DNA from: Alloascoidea hylecoeti
Taxonomy: Eukaryota
Reading direction: 5' to 3'
NCBI GenBank assembly: GCA_001600815.1
Contig: BCKZ01000007.1
Span: forward strand, 1,098,253 to 1,118,252
Length of the DNA: 20,000 nt
Under the pieces are notes generated by a model. It saw only the letters and a program-made list of their open reading frames with translations. It was not told the DNA's origin and made no database searches. Positions within the stretch are counted from its first letter, which is position 1; each line of letters opens with the position of its first letter. Position numbers and translations under genes: made by a program. Shown here one piece after another: positions 19,736 to 20,000 of the stretch.

Positions 19736-20000
19736 AATTAGATGAAGATTCTTGTTCGCTCATTGTTAATTGATGTCCTCAGATTGTATAAACACGTTGT
19801 TCTTAAACTCTTGGAAATTAAATATTAATATACTTGTTATATTATATTTTTACGATACTTTCTAAAATTGTGGGAATTCCTCCATATTTATTATGGAATC
19901 CCCGAAAACTATTTAGTCTATAAATTTGTTCCATCATGTTCTTGCATATAATAAATGGAACTATAAATTTGTTCCACCATGTTCTTGCATATAATCAACA
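19736..20000. mobile_element. Candidate LTR with TGTTGA...TCAACA termini (265 bp)
   Basis: TGTTGA at 19736-19741 and TCAACA at 19995-20000, the terminal hexamers typical of Ty5-type LTRs. The right TSD would lie outside the window. Confidence 0.4.
19918..19995 (+). repeat. Direct repeat, 35 bp x2 (period 43, one mismatch)
   Basis: CTATAAATTTGTTCCA(T/C)CATGTTCTTGCATATAAT at 19918-19952 and 19961-19995. Confidence 0.92.

Noticed and set aside
9400..20000. Canonical point centromere (CDEI-CDEII-CDEIII)
   Set aside because: I found no RTCACRTG plus ~80-160 bp AT tract plus CCGAA arrangement by eye around the AT core.

Overview
AT-rich budding-yeast (Saccharomycotina-type) nuclear DNA that uses the standard genetic code. 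The left half (1-9328) holds four intronless conserved genes and one tRNA: the 3' part of PRO2 (+), DRS2 (-), tRNA-Gln(TTG) in a 296-bp divergent intergenic gap, LST8 (+) and an RFX1/CRT1-family transcription factor (-). The right half (~9330-20000) has no host gene and is a nested transposon graveyard. It contains decayed Tc1-like and pogo/Fot1-like transposases, a long-TIR element built on a ~23-24 bp periodic array, a palindromic MITE, and a Ty1/copia pol pseudogene split by two solo LTRs with exact 5-bp TSDs. It also contains a second copia RT fragment on the opposite strand, further LTR relics sharing a hairpin, and a 370-bp ~83% AT core. This organisation suggests a retrotransposon-cluster centromere or pericentromere, which is an inference. 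All calls come from manual reading and translation, with no database searches.
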